Shown here: piece after piece, positions 17,124-27,982 of the stretch
Layout: every line of letters starts with the position of its first letter
Numbering within the stretch: the stretch's first letter is position 1
Assembly (NCBI GenBank): GCA_963777505.1
Contig: CAVZQN010000004.1
Location: 288,001 to 352,000, forward strand
Direction of reading: 5' to 3'
Length of the DNA stretch: 64,000 bases
DNA from: an uncultured bacterium
GTDB taxonomy: Bacteria; Acidobacteriota; HRBIN11; JAKEFK01
The notes under the pieces: generated by a model
Told to the model about the DNA's origin: nothing
Seen by the model: only the letters and a program-made list of their open reading frames with translations
The model's database searches: none
Translations under genes and position numbers: made by a program

Positions 17124-18674
17124 ATGTTTTACCGTTTGATCCAAAAAGCCCCAATATTCCTCTTTTTGAGTTTTCTCACTTTAGGGATCGCTTACGCTGA
17201 CAAAGGCCATGATGACGATGAAATTCTTCTTCAGCTTGCTCCGGGAGTTGACATCCGAACTATTGAAAATGATTACGATGTCGACACTGAAGAGACAGAT
17301 ATAGTTCCTGGCATTATCCCGCCAATTCACAAAGTCAAAGTGGACGATAAAGATGAACTTGAGTCAACCGTTCAGAGGATGCAAAAAGACAATAGGATTT
17401 TGAAAGTCGAACTCAATTTCCTAGGCGAGACGCCGGAAGGAGTACGCCGTACATTAGCAGTCATTGACACGACGCCTACGAAGTCAGAATACATTGATCA
17501 GAAAGCATTTGATCGTGTGAGAGGACGACAAGCAATTTCGCTTTCCAGAGGACAAGACGTGATTGTAGCTGTCATTGACACCGGCGTTGATTATAATCAC
17601 CCGCATCTTGCCGATCATATCCTCATGGATGATGACGAAGTTGTTGGCTACGATTTCGTGGATGATGATGAAGATCCAATGGATGAAGACAATGGTCTGG
17701 ATGATGATAATGATTCGCAAATTGATGAAGGCTCAGGACACGGAACTCACGTTGCGGGGATTATTGCGGTGCTTGCGCCAGGGGCTAAGATCATGCCGCT
17801 TCGCGTCTTAAATAGTGATGGGGTTGGAACCGTTGATCTTGTTGTTCAAGCTCTGAACTTTGTACAAGAGTTTGCTGATGACAATTCTGGTAAAGGGGAT
17901 GGTCCTTATATTCCTATCGTTGTCAATCTAAGCTTAGGACTTCCAGAACAATCCTTTACATTACTTGCAGCGCTTCGGGGAGTACTCAATGACGGAATTC
18001 CTGTCATCGCCTCCGCAGGAAATAGTAATTCCTCCGTAAAGCATTATCCCTCTGCCGGCGACATCGGGAGTCTTGATGTCATTGCCGTTTCTGCAACTGA
18101 CTCAAACGATAAGAAGGCAAGTTTTTCTAATTTTGGAAACTGGATCAATTTATCGGCACCTGGAGTTGGAATTTATAGTACGTTCATGAATTCTCGATTT
18201 GCGAAATGGGACGGCACTTCTATGGCAGCTCCTTTTGTCAGCGCGGAAACTGCTTTGATTATGTCCAGATTGTCTGCTCGAAATCCAGGCAAGGATTTGG
18301 AGCTAAATCAAATTCTCAGACCGCTCAAAGCTGGTACCGATTACATTTACGGCATCAATGCGAAATACAAAAAGAATAATCAGTTGGGAGCAGGAAGAAT
18401 TAATATGGAGAGTGCGGTTCGTATTGCGGGCGGAGCTGACATCCTAAGCGTCAAGACTGTTGTCTATGAACGCGATAGCAAGAAACTCTTGGTGGAAGTA
18501 AGCACATCAGCACCTCAAGCGATTCTGAGCATTCAAGGATTTGGAAAAATGAAGTACGATTCCGTAAAAGGTCATTATTCTTTCCAGAGATCCGGTGTGA
18601 ATCCTGCACCGTCTGTGATCACTATTAGATCATCCAAAGGTGGTCTCACATCTGCCAGGGTTGCGATGCAATAA
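17124..18674 (+). CDS. Secreted S8 subtilisin-like serine peptidase
   Basis: Signal peptide; VIDTG, HGTHVAG, AGN and GTSMAAP triad motifs; Asp-rich loop. Confidence 0.93.
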   Translation: MFYRLIQKAPIFLFLSFLTLGIAYADKGHDDDEILLQLAPGVDIRTIENDYDVDTEETDIVPGIIPPIHKVKVDDKDELESTVQRMQKDNRILKVELNFLGETPEGVRRTLAVIDTTPTKSEYIDQKAFDRVRGRQAISLSRGQDVIVAVIDTGVDYNHPHLADHILMDDDEVVGYDFVDDDEDPMDEDNGLDDDNDSQIDEGSGHGTHVAGIIAVLAPGAKIMPLRVLNSDGVGTVDLVVQALNFVQEFADDNSGKGDGPYIPIVVNLSLGLPEQSFTLLAALRGVLNDGIPVIASAGNSNSSVKHYPSAGDIGSLDVIAVSATDSNDKKASFSNFGNWINLSAPGVGIYSTFMNSRFAKWDGTSMAAPFVSAETALIMSRLSARNPGKDLELNQILRPLKAGTDYIYGINAKYKKNNQLGAGRINMESAVRIAGGADILSVKTVVYERDSKKLLVEVSTSAPQAILSIQGFGKMKYDSVKGHYSFQRSGVNPAPSVITIRSSKGGLTSARVAMQ

Positions 18675-18805
18675 GGGCTCCGAACCGAAGAAGCTTAGTA
18701 TTTACACACCTTAAATCAGGACAAACGATGGCTCTAATTGAGCTAGATAAAACTCACAGCCGGCGATTATTCCGCAATCATATCCAGCAACGGCAGAATG
18801 TGAGC

Positions 18806-18872
18806 CCGGAAAAAGGCGAGCCTATGCAGCTCGCCTTCCCGAATTTCAGTTAATACGAAGATAGCCAACGGT
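18806..18872. repeat. 67-bp exact direct repeat, copy 2 (end of the 854-aa gene plus its terminator)
   Basis: Identical to 15711-15777. Confidence 0.95.
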
Positions 18873-21410
18873 CACGGTTGTGGCTTTTGCTTGAAATGCA
18901 GCAGTTCCGAATGGTGTTGCTCCCGCCGGCATCGTAATTGCTAGAACATCATCCACAAATACTTCGAAGTTCGTTCCGTTAAAACTAACCTTCACTTTGT
19001 AAACCGTATTGGGGTTGATGATCCTTGTAGCCTTCTTGGTTGCAACAACATTGCCGTTCGAATACTGCTTCAGCGTCCACTTGTCATTGCCAGGATTCAA
19101 GTTGAGCTCTACAAAATTTTTCGAATCGTTGTACCAACCGCGAAGCCATACTTTTCCGCCTGCTGTTTTCATCGTAGTTTCAATTGTGCAATTTGTGCAG
19201 CCACTGAAAGCAGGCGAAAAGATAACCAACGCTTTTCCTGATGCACTTCCACTGAGTGAGCCGCCTGTCTCATTCCAATTTCCTTTTTGATAAGTGATGT
19301 CGGTGCGTAGAACATTGTCATCAAATTCATCGCTAAATTGGGATCCGGATCCAGCGTTAATTGTGATGTTGTAGGGTTGATCCGCAAAACATCCATTTGC
19401 ATCGCTGATTCGAATCGTAAACGGATATGATCCTCCAGCCGTAGGAGTGCCTGTAATCTTGCGTGTTAAGTTGTCCAGAAACAATCCCGGAGGCAACGTT
19501 CCAGAAAAAACTGTGGCTGTATAAGGCGCAGTACCGCCTGTTGCTGAGATTGTTCTGTTGTACGCAACCCCAACATTTCCTGCTGGCAATGTTGAAGGTG
19601 AAACTTGAATATTCGCTGTGCAGGTAAAAATGTCCATGGTGTAATATCGGGCGCCTGTGCATCCGTATCGATCCATGACTGAAACGAAGAAATCAAACGT
19701 TCCAGCTTGAGATGGAAATCCTGTTAGCCAGCCTCCACCATACAATACGAGTCCGGGTGGCAGGTTTCCAAAAAAGATACTGTACTCATAGGGTGCGGTT
19801 CCGTTATTCGTTGTTATGTCCTGGCTTACATATGCACCCACATTTGCATTTGTTTGTGGTAGTGGATCCAGATTTAGCGTGTTCCAGCATTGCAATGTAT
19901 GTGCTTGTATTGTGTAGTTGATTGTTCCTGCTGCGGCATTATTAACTCCAATCCACCATCGACCAACTTCGGTTCCGGTATCAATACATCTTTCTTCAGT
20001 TGTTCCAGTTCTTATAGATTTGCAATCATAATCGGTTGCTGTTGGCTTACGATTGAAAGCAATATAAAGATCAGCGTCCTTATTGAGATTAGTAAGTTCG
20101 ACAGAGAGTGATTGAAAAACATCTCTATCGATAAAGAAATAATCCCAAGTTGAATAGGGTGTAGGGGAGGAAATAGAATCATTAACAGGAACGCCATTTA
20201 CTAGCCGCGTTTCAATTAATGCTCCCCACCCAATTTGTAACGGTGTATCTTCACACAGAGCAGGATCCGTGTGTTTCATAATACAAGGACCAGTTTGCAG
20301 ACTGCATGATTCACAATTTCTATTTTGAACGGTAGGCCTTGGAGAAAAAGGTGTGCAGGGACCACAGGAACTACACTGACTGGCATATTCATCACATGCC
20401 CAGAAGATGTGTCCCGTTTCATGCGAAAAAATCCAGCCACCGTATCCCATACTTGTGTAAAGAAGCTGAGTGTAAGGGCCTCCAAAATACGCATATGCCG
20501 ACACTCCATTTGTGAAAGTCCCGGGAGAAGGTGCGTTGTAAGCAATAAACGCAGAATAAGCCCAGTCTGCGCCGGTATTCGCTCGAAGCGCCGTGTTGAA
20601 ATTAACTATGTTTGAATGACCAAGGTTAGCGGTGATGGCGCCGATCCAAAGATGATCGTCAACACTTGAATGCAGAATTGGTTCATAGGGCTGTTGACAG
20701 ATTGGACTCGTGGAGCTGTTAAATAAAACTGTAAAGCTAACACTGCTGCTATAAGAAGGAGCCTGTGCAGTCCACCATGCAAGGCCGCTTAATGCTGCGT
20801 TCTTTGTTTCTGTTTCGTGAGCTTGAGTCCATGTATATGTATTTGGATCAATTGCGCCATTGCTTTCTACAAAGAAAATTGCAACGGCAACTCTTCCGGT
20901 CATGCTATCGGAATTTCCAGAAACAGCATTGATCGCTGATGTGGAGATATCGTAGTCCTTCCATACAAGAGCATCATTTGTTAAAGGTTCCCGCTCGGTC
21001 GTTTCCTCTTTCATCTTGTCTTTTTCCATTGAACCGGAAACGACATAGTTAAAGAATCGAAGCCCGGAAAGGGTATTCTCATCTTCTGATACGAAAGAGT
21101 TGACGTCCACTTCTTTATCTGTAACAAATGAAATTCCGCGTTGGCCCTGTAATGTATTTTTTAAAGTCGGTGGTAACCAACCAAGCATGACCTGTGGAGG
21201 AATTACGATTGAAATTTTTCCACCAAGACTTTCAACATAATCTTGTGCTGCGATCGTGGAGGCAACGTCATTGCTTCCGAGTAACATCAAGGTATAACCT
21301 TTTGCCCATGAATCTTTTTGTATCGACAAACTGTGATCCTCATGAGCGAAAAGAATGTGTGAAAATCCAAACAGTGTCAGGAACAGTAGGTTCAAAAATT
21401 TCAGTTTCAT
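18846..21410 (-). CDS. Secreted zinc metalloprotease-like protein with PPC, two putative Ig domains and a C-terminal beta-sandwich
   Basis: Signal peptide; HETGHIFWACDEY; DADLY…YDC (PPC); repeated GGTAPY…GTLPPGL. Confidence 0.75.
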   Translation of the reverse strand: MKLKFLNLLFLTLFGFSHILFAHEDHSLSIQKDSWAKGYTLMLLGSNDVASTIAAQDYVESLGGKISIVIPPQVMLGWLPPTLKNTLQGQRGISFVTDKEVDVNSFVSEDENTLSGLRFFNYVVSGSMEKDKMKEETTEREPLTNDALVWKDYDISTSAINAVSGNSDSMTGRVAVAIFFVESNGAIDPNTYTWTQAHETETKNAALSGLAWWTAQAPSYSSSVSFTVLFNSSTSPICQQPYEPILHSSVDDHLWIGAITANLGHSNIVNFNTALRANTGADWAYSAFIAYNAPSPGTFTNGVSAYAYFGGPYTQLLYTSMGYGGWIFSHETGHIFWACDEYASQCSSCGPCTPFSPRPTVQNRNCESCSLQTGPCIMKHTDPALCEDTPLQIGWGALIETRLVNGVPVNDSISSPTPYSTWDYFFIDRDVFQSLSVELTNLNKDADLYIAFNRKPTATDYDCKSIRTGTTEERCIDTGTEVGRWWIGVNNAAAGTINYTIQAHTLQCWNTLNLDPLPQTNANVGAYVSQDITTNNGTAPYEYSIFFGNLPPGLVLYGGGWLTGFPSQAGTFDFFVSVMDRYGCTGARYYTMDIFTCTANIQVSPSTLPAGNVGVAYNRTISATGGTAPYTATVFSGTLPPGLFLDNLTRKITGTPTAGGSYPFTIRISDANGCFADQPYNITINAGSGSQFSDEFDDNVLRTDITYQKGNWNETGGSLSGSASGKALVIFSPAFSGCTNCTIETTMKTAGGKVWLRGWYNDSKNFVELNLNPGNDKWTLKQYSNGNVVATKKATRIINPNTVYKVKVSFNGTNFEVFVDDVLAITMPAGATPFGTAAFQAKATTVTVGYLRIN

Positions 21411-21535
21411 AATTGCCCTCCTTGGGCGCTGGCTTTATGCCGTCCTAAGTACATGCGCCTAATCAGGCTGGTTTACGCCACAAAGGAGGGACAATTTTTT
21501 TGTCGAGGAGCTTTACGTTTAATAAAGGAGTAAGA

Positions 21536-22000
21536 ATGAGATATATATTACTTGGGGTGATCTTTGTACTAATCGCTTTTTCAGTCTTAAATTCAGAGAC
21601 AGCTGCTCTGCAAGAACAAGAAATCAGAGAGCAGCTCCAGAAGTTTGAGAAAGCTTATGGCCAATTTGATGTCGACATATTGGAAAAATTGATCGCTGAC
21701 GATTACATTCATACGAATCTGGATGGTAGTGTTTTGAATAAGACGCAGTGGATCGAACGCCAAAAAATGCGCCAGGGTGAAATGAAGGCAGGGAAAATTA
21801 GAATCGATGCTTATCGTCACGATGACGTAAAGATCAGAATTTATGGGAATACTGCTGTCGTTACGGGCCAGGCTCTGTCCGCCGGCGTCAGGGAAGGCAA
21901 GGACTTCAACCTAAATTTGCGATTTACAAATGTATGGGTGGAGAACGAAAGCGGATGGCAAAGAGTCGCCTTTCACGATTCAGCGGTTTCTTCAAAATGA
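21536..22000 (+). CDS. Secreted NTF2/DUF4440 family protein
   Basis: LIADDY, VKIRIYGNTAVVTG, RFTNVWV…WQ…H; RBS AAGGAG before ATG 21536. Confidence 0.8.
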   Translation: MRYILLGVIFVLIAFSVLNSETAALQEQEIREQLQKFEKAYGQFDVDILEKLIADDYIHTNLDGSVLNKTQWIERQKMRQGEMKAGKIRIDAYRHDDVKIRIYGNTAVVTGQALSAGVREGKDFNLNLRFTNVWVENESGWQRVAFHDSAVSSK

Positions 22001-22038
22001 CATTGTGGATTTACTACCTATATATATAGCTACAGAAT

Positions 22039-24402
22039 ATGAACGATCTGAAACTCATGAAAAACCTGATCATTATTATTCTTTGTTTTGGAATTTTGCC
22101 GTCATTTGCGAATGCTCAAACCACGGAAAATCCTAAGTCCATTATGGATGGCTTGAGCAATCATGGGAAAAACAAAGACCAGCCCTATATCACTGCGGGG
22201 GATCGCATCTACATTATCGGTACTCAGGATGGAAATTTTCCGGATCTCGGCAGACATGTTGAAGGTGAAATGGGTGGCTTATGGCTGCATCCTATCAAAC
22301 TTATAGATGGCTTTTGGGTAAAACTGACTGATGTTTCATCGGGCAAACAATCCTGGCTTTCAGAAGCAGAGGAATTCATTAATTATCCTTATGGCAATCG
22401 ACTGAAATATGCCGCGGTGCTGGATGGCATAGAAGCCGAACGTTTTCAATTTAGTCCAGATCGTCAGACAGGGATGATCATTCAATACTTCATTAAGAAT
22501 TCAACCAACACCAATCGATCAATTAAGCTGGAATTTTCAGTTAAGACTGACTTAAGTCCTGTCTGGTTGGCTGAAGAAATTGGAATCAAAGATCATCCAG
22601 ATAAAGTTGTATGGGAAGCCGCAAATAATTTCTTTTCGGCCAATGATACCGGCAACTCATGGCACGCCATATGGGGAGCCGCGAACACAAGCAGTGCGCA
22701 ATCAATCGCTGCCGATATTCCTGAAAAGACAATTGGTAAAGGAACTTCGGCTGCATCGGAATACAATCTCGCGATAAACAAAAACAGCACGACGACTTTG
22801 ACTTTCGTAATTGCAGGATCTCCAAAAAATAAAAAGGAAGCAGAAGATTCTTACAAATATCTTCTAAAGAACCATGAAAAATTGCTGGAAGAAAAAAAGA
22901 AATATTATGCCTCGATTATCAATCGGGCTCGAATAAACATTCCGGATCAGGCTCTGCAAGAAGTGTATGACTGGGTCAAAGTGAATAATGAATGGATGGT
23001 GAGAGAGGTGCCTGAAATTGGGCGTGGTCTCTCCGCAGGCTTTCCTGAATATCCATGGTGGTTCGGGTGTGATAACACCTATGCCCTTCAAGCCGTGATG
23101 GCCAGCGGCGATTTTGATCTGGCAAAGAAGACGTTGCGTTTACTGAAGAGTGAATCGATGAAAAAGAATGGCAATGGCAGGATTATTCATGAAGTCTCCA
23201 CCAATGGCGTTGTTTACAATCCTGGAAATACTCAAGAAACAGCTCATTTCATTATGGCAGTTGAAGAACTATTTCGATGGACCGGCGATATGGAATTCAT
23301 CAAGGAAATGTATCCGGTCATGAAGATGGGAATTCAATGGCTCCTGAACGATATGGATCAAAATAAGAATCTTTTTCCCGAAGGTTACGGAATCATGGAA
23401 GTGTATGGACTCAATGCTGAATTGATTGATGTCGCGGTGTATACGCAGCAGGCTTTAGGAGCGACAGCGCGAGTTGCCGGAATCCTGAACGAACCGAAGG
23501 TCCAAAAAGAATATGAACAAATTGCATCAACGCTTGCAACAAAAATCAACAAAGACTTTTGGGATGAGACAGAAGGTTCGTATACAGATTTCTATGGGAG
23601 CAAAGCTCAAGCGATCAGCGCTGCGGAAGGATCGATCACTCAAATAAAGCGGGACGTCGATGAACTGGAAAAAAACAAAAACCGCATTGCCTATTACGAA
23701 CGACTCAAGGAAAAATTTGCAGCAATGCCGGACGTAAGCAAAGGATGGACCACGAACAAAAATTGGGTCATCAATACTCCAATAGAAACTGGAATCGCTC
23801 CGGCAGAAAAAGCTCTGCCGCTCTTAGATAAGATCCGCAAAGAAAATGTGGGTGAATACGGCCCATTCCTTGCGGCCGTTGAAAGAAATGCAATGATGAC
23901 TATTTCTACCGGTGTACAAGCAGTCGCTGAAGCTCAATATGGACGCATCGATGAATCGCTTTGGTATGTAAACAAAATTGTTGAAACATTCAATCGGGTA
24001 ATCCCCGGTTCGATTTCGGAGATGATGCCGGATTATGGTGACTTCACCCAGGCCTGGACAGGTTACGGAATTGTCGTTCCAATTGTCCAGTATGTTTTTG
24101 GAATTCAACCGGATGCTTACAACAAGACAATTATTTTCGAACCACAATTGCCCAGCGGTTGGAACGATCTAAGCATCGAAAATGTGCCCGTTGGTGCAAA
24201 TATCATTTCATTTTCTCGATCAAAAACCGGCAAAGGTATCGAATACATTCTGAATAGCAAAGATGACGGTTGGAATATGATTTTGAAGTTAAAAGATTCG
24301 TCGGGCGCTAAATACTACTTAAACGGCAAAGCGGTACCCTGGAATTCAACTGGTTTACAGATGAAGGGCAAGTCGAATAAGCTCCTCATCCTTGGTTTAT
24401 AG
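22039..24402 (+). CDS. Secreted six-hairpin glycosidase (glycogen debranching/amylo-alpha-1,6-glucosidase-like)
   Basis: AGFPEYPWWFGCD, GRIIHE, SEMMPDYG…QAW; signal peptide (start may be 22057). Confidence 0.8.
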   Translation: MNDLKLMKNLIIIILCFGILPSFANAQTTENPKSIMDGLSNHGKNKDQPYITAGDRIYIIGTQDGNFPDLGRHVEGEMGGLWLHPIKLIDGFWVKLTDVSSGKQSWLSEAEEFINYPYGNRLKYAAVLDGIEAERFQFSPDRQTGMIIQYFIKNSTNTNRSIKLEFSVKTDLSPVWLAEEIGIKDHPDKVVWEAANNFFSANDTGNSWHAIWGAANTSSAQSIAADIPEKTIGKGTSAASEYNLAINKNSTTTLTFVIAGSPKNKKEAEDSYKYLLKNHEKLLEEKKKYYASIINRARINIPDQALQEVYDWVKVNNEWMVREVPEIGRGLSAGFPEYPWWFGCDNTYALQAVMASGDFDLAKKTLRLLKSESMKKNGNGRIIHEVSTNGVVYNPGNTQETAHFIMAVEELFRWTGDMEFIKEMYPVMKMGIQWLLNDMDQNKNLFPEGYGIMEVYGLNAELIDVAVYTQQALGATARVAGILNEPKVQKEYEQIASTLATKINKDFWDETEGSYTDFYGSKAQAISAAEGSITQIKRDVDELEKNKNRIAYYERLKEKFAAMPDVSKGWTTNKNWVINTPIETGIAPAEKALPLLDKIRKENVGEYGPFLAAVERNAMMTISTGVQAVAEAQYGRIDESLWYVNKIVETFNRVIPGSISEMMPDYGDFTQAWTGYGIVVPIVQYVFGIQPDAYNKTIIFEPQLPSGWNDLSIENVPVGANIISFSRSKTGKGIEYILNSKDDGWNMILKLKDSSGAKYYLNGKAVPWNSTGLQMKGKSNKLLILGL

Positions 24403-24484
24403 GGAGCGCGGACATCTTGTCCGCATTACGGGCCGCAGGCATCCTGCCTGCAAGAAAAATTGCGGACTGGAAGCCTGCGCTCCG
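24403..24484. repeat. REP-like palindromic cluster
   Basis: ggagcgcggacatcttgtccgc, gcaggcatcctgcctgc and gcggactggaagcctgcgctcc units. Confidence 0.7.
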
Positions 24485-24548
24485 ATGCGGTTTGAACTTA
24501 CTCACGCTATCCTCCGTATTTCAACATAGCATCATGGAGGGATAGCCC

Positions 24549-27010
24549 ATGGAATCACCAGCTAAAGATATTCGTTTCGGTTTGCGCGCCTTAAGAAAGA
24601 ATCCTGGATTTACAGTTCTCGCCATACTCGCATTGGCGTTGGGGATTGGCGCCAACACAGCAATCTTTAGTGTTGTGTACTCGCTTATGTTCCGGCCTTT
24701 GCAAGGAGCGGAAGACTCCAGCCGGCTTGTCACTTTGGGATTAACAGAAGGTACGAGCTATCCATACTCTCCTTCCTATATGGTGTATCAGGATTACCGG
24801 TCACTGAAGTCAGTATTTGCTGACGCAGCAGGATTTCAGATCACTCCCGCGCAATTACGAATCGCAAATCAAAATCCGGAACGCATTATGTTTTCACTTG
24901 TCTCCGGAAATTATTTCGATGTGCTGGGTGTGAAAATGGCTCACGGGAGAAAGTTCACTTCTGATGAAGCTCAAAGGATGGGGGCTGGAAATGTAGTAGT
25001 ACTTGGGTACAAGTTCTGGAAGAAGCGTTTCAACTCAGATCCAGCTGTCGTTGGTTCGATCATTCGATTGAACGGCAATTCTTTTACAGTGATTGGAGTT
25101 GCTTCCGCGAAGTTCAGTGAGAATTCTTCGTTAATGGAGCAAACTCTGTTTGTCCCGGTTACAGGTGCAGATTTTATTTCTCCTGAGTACTCAAAGAGTT
25201 TTACCCAACGCAGAGGAAGCGAGTTCAACTTTATTGGACGTCTGCGTGAGGGTATCAGTCTTGAGAATGCGCAAAGCGCAGTAACGTTGCAAGCATCGCG
25301 ACTGGAAGCTGCATATCCAGATGTTCATAAAGGACAACGTGCGATTGTTTACCCTGAGCCTCGTACCCGAATGGAACCCTCAGCAGCTCAATACATGCCA
25401 CCACTTGCACTGGTTTTTATGACGCTTGTTGGGCTTGTTTTGCTGGCGGCATGTGCGAATGTTGCCGGACTCTTTTACGCACGTGCATCTGGCAGACAAA
25501 AAGAAATCGCAATCCGGCTGGCGCTGGGAGCAGGAAGATGGCGTATCCTTCGTCAGCTAATAACGGAGAGTCTTCTGCTTTCAATCATCGGAGCGATCGC
25601 CGGAATATTTTTGGCTTACTGGCTATTATTTTTGCTTTCCAATATCCGCTTTGCAACTGATCTCAAGTTGGATTTTAATTTCGCTCTCGATACGACAGTT
25701 CTCACATTTTCACTGATTCTGGCTGTCTTCAGTGGTTTGCTTTCAGCAATTATGCCGGGCCTCCGAATTTCCACTGCTAATCTCGCAGGAACGCTGAAGG
25801 AAGGAGGGAAGACCTCTACGCGTGGCTCTGTGCGGCAAAGATTGCGCGATGCGCTGGTCGTGGTACAGGTCGCTGTTTCGCTCGTGCTTCTGGTTTGCTC
25901 AGGCCTTTTTCTACGCGCGACTCAGAATGCCGCACAGCAGGATCTCGGAATCCAAACCGCAGGACGTCTCATCATGGCAACTGACACAGAATTGATCGGA
26001 TACGATGAGTCAAGAAGCCTTTCTTTCTACCGGCAGATGTTGGAGCGAGTGCGCAACGATGCCTGGTGTGGAGAGAGCTGCATTGGGACGTTACCTTCCG
26101 ATCGGATTTCAAAATGGTGTGAATGAAGTCTTTATTGAAGGCAGACCGAGTAAAAACGATCGCACAGATTACGCATACTTCAATATAGTTTCTACCGATT
26201 ATTTTCAGACTATAGGGATGCCTTTGTTGCAAGGGAGAGTATTTTCGGAAAATGATCGAGAAGGCAGCAAGCCCGTTGTAATTATTAATGAAGCAATGGC
26301 AAACGATATACTGGCCGAAACAGAATCCTATCGGTAAGCGGTTCCGTTTTGACAATGCGACGGCAACACCTGTCGAAGTGATTGGTATCGTAAAGACGGC
26401 AAAGTTTTCGCTGCCTGCAGAAAAGCCGATGCGAGGCTTTTATTTGCCTTTCAGTCAGAACCCGAGACCCGATATGGTGCTGCATGTGCAAACGATGCGC
26501 GATCCGAAAAAAATGATTGCAGCAGTTCGCACGCAGGTGCTGAATATCGATCCGGAAGTACCACTTTGGGATGTTCGTACATTGGAAGAACATATCCGTT
26601 ACGGAAAGATGCGTTTGTACGATGTTGCAACCGGGATCATTGGAGGCTTCGGTTTAATTGCTTTGGCCCTGGCTGGCGTCGGTTTATATGGTGTAATGGC
26701 ATTCCTTGTAAATCAACGGATGAATGAAATTGGAATTCGAATGGCATTGGGCGCTTCCCGCAGGAAGATTTTGAATACAGTGTTTTCAAGCGGCATCAAG
26801 AAGACATTGCTTGGACTCGTTCTTGGTGCACCCCTTGCATTTGTTGCAATGCGGGCAGTCCAGTATTTGCTGGTTGGTGTATCGCCGAATGATCCCTGGA
26901 CAATTCTGATCGCTTCTACTTTCTTAATCATTGTTACACTATTGGCTGTCTTTGTGCCGGCCTGGCGAGCGACTCAAGTTGATCCGGTAATTGCATTGCG
27001 CAACGAATAA
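24549..27010 (+). CDS. ADOP-type duplicated ABC permease, split by two frameshifts (~26057, ~26300)
   Basis: Three consecutive ORFs join into one permease: GANTAIFS… PGVERAAL… EIGIRMALGA…ALRNE. Confidence 0.85.
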
Positions 27011-27031
27011 GACTTAAGCGGCCCGGCCGCA

Positions 27032-27258
27032 ATTCAGATTTCGGATTTCAGATTTCGGATTGAAATTGAATGATGTTTTGATTGAAATGCCTGTCAATGG
27101 CCCGCTTACTGAACAGGACTGAATACAGTTTATGAAAAATTTAATGATTTCCTTTTCTTTCTTATTTTTTTCTGTATGAGGGAGCTCGCTTACGAAGCTT
27201 TACCTGTAGTTAGCATTTCTATCAATCCTGCAATCAAAAATTTCAATCTGAAATCTGA
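27032..27258. repeat. Heptamer-unit inverted repeat (gatttca/g arms facing aatctga arms)
   Basis: ttcagatttcggatttcagatttcggattgaaatt versus aatttcaatctgaaatctga. Confidence 0.6.
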
Positions 27259-27289
27259 CAAACGAAATTCTGGTGTAGACTTTTCTTCA

Positions 27290-27982
27290 ATGGATTGGCT
27301 ATGGTACGTAATTCCTATCCTCATCATGGCCGCGACTTTATTTTTTAAGATACGGCGTCAGTCTCAATTCAAAAAAAACCTTCCATTGATTGCGGAATCG
27401 TTAGGTTTGAAATATTTGGACCGTGTCGATCAGTTACCGGAACGGATTGCCGAAGAAACGGATCTTCCGTCAGCATTGTCGAATTCAGAAAACGTAAAAG
27501 CGATTCAGAAGTATGCGAGAGTCATATCGATCTGGCGGATCGAAGGCGAATTCAATGGTGTCAAAGTGGGAATCTATCCGCGCGTAATTCGTAATTACAA
27601 AAAAAGTCAATCCGGATACACTCGCCTGAATGCTTACTTTGCGCAACCGAAGACTTTAGGAATTACAATCTCCAACATGGGAAATACTCCGCTTGGAAAA
27701 CCAGAAATCGCGATAGAAAACTTAAACAAGAAAATAATAATCAAGGGTGTTGATGAAGCGAACACACGACAACTGCTGAGCGATTCCGATCTTCAACGTG
27801 CAATTACTTCTGCTTTCGAATTCAGTCCACAGTTGGTCATCGATGACAATGGCGCATATCTGGATAAACACGGACCTCCGCCTTTGGAAGCTGCTTACTA
27901 CAGACAGGCGTTGGATCATCTGACGCGCATTATTCTCGCGTTTGAAAATCGCTGCCGATTCCTCAATCTCACTAGTGATTAA
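27290..27982 (+). CDS. Hypothetical membrane-anchored protein
   Basis: N-terminal TM helix from MDWLWYVIP; the upstream ORF extension runs through a repeat. Confidence 0.65.
   Translation: MDWLWYVIPILIMAATLFFKIRRQSQFKKNLPLIAESLGLKYLDRVDQLPERIAEETDLPSALSNSENVKAIQKYARVISIWRIEGEFNGVKVGIYPRVIRNYKKSQSGYTRLNAYFAQPKTLGITISNMGNTPLGKPEIAIENLNKKIIIKGVDEANTRQLLSDSDLQRAITSAFEFSPQLVIDDNGAYLDKHGPPPLEAAYYRQALDHLTRIILAFENRCRFLNLTSD

Noticed and set aside
21411-21496. c-di-GMP-I (GEMM) riboswitch
   Set aside because: It lacks the GCAAA…GNRA…ACGCAAA signature; kept only as an unassigned structured leader.
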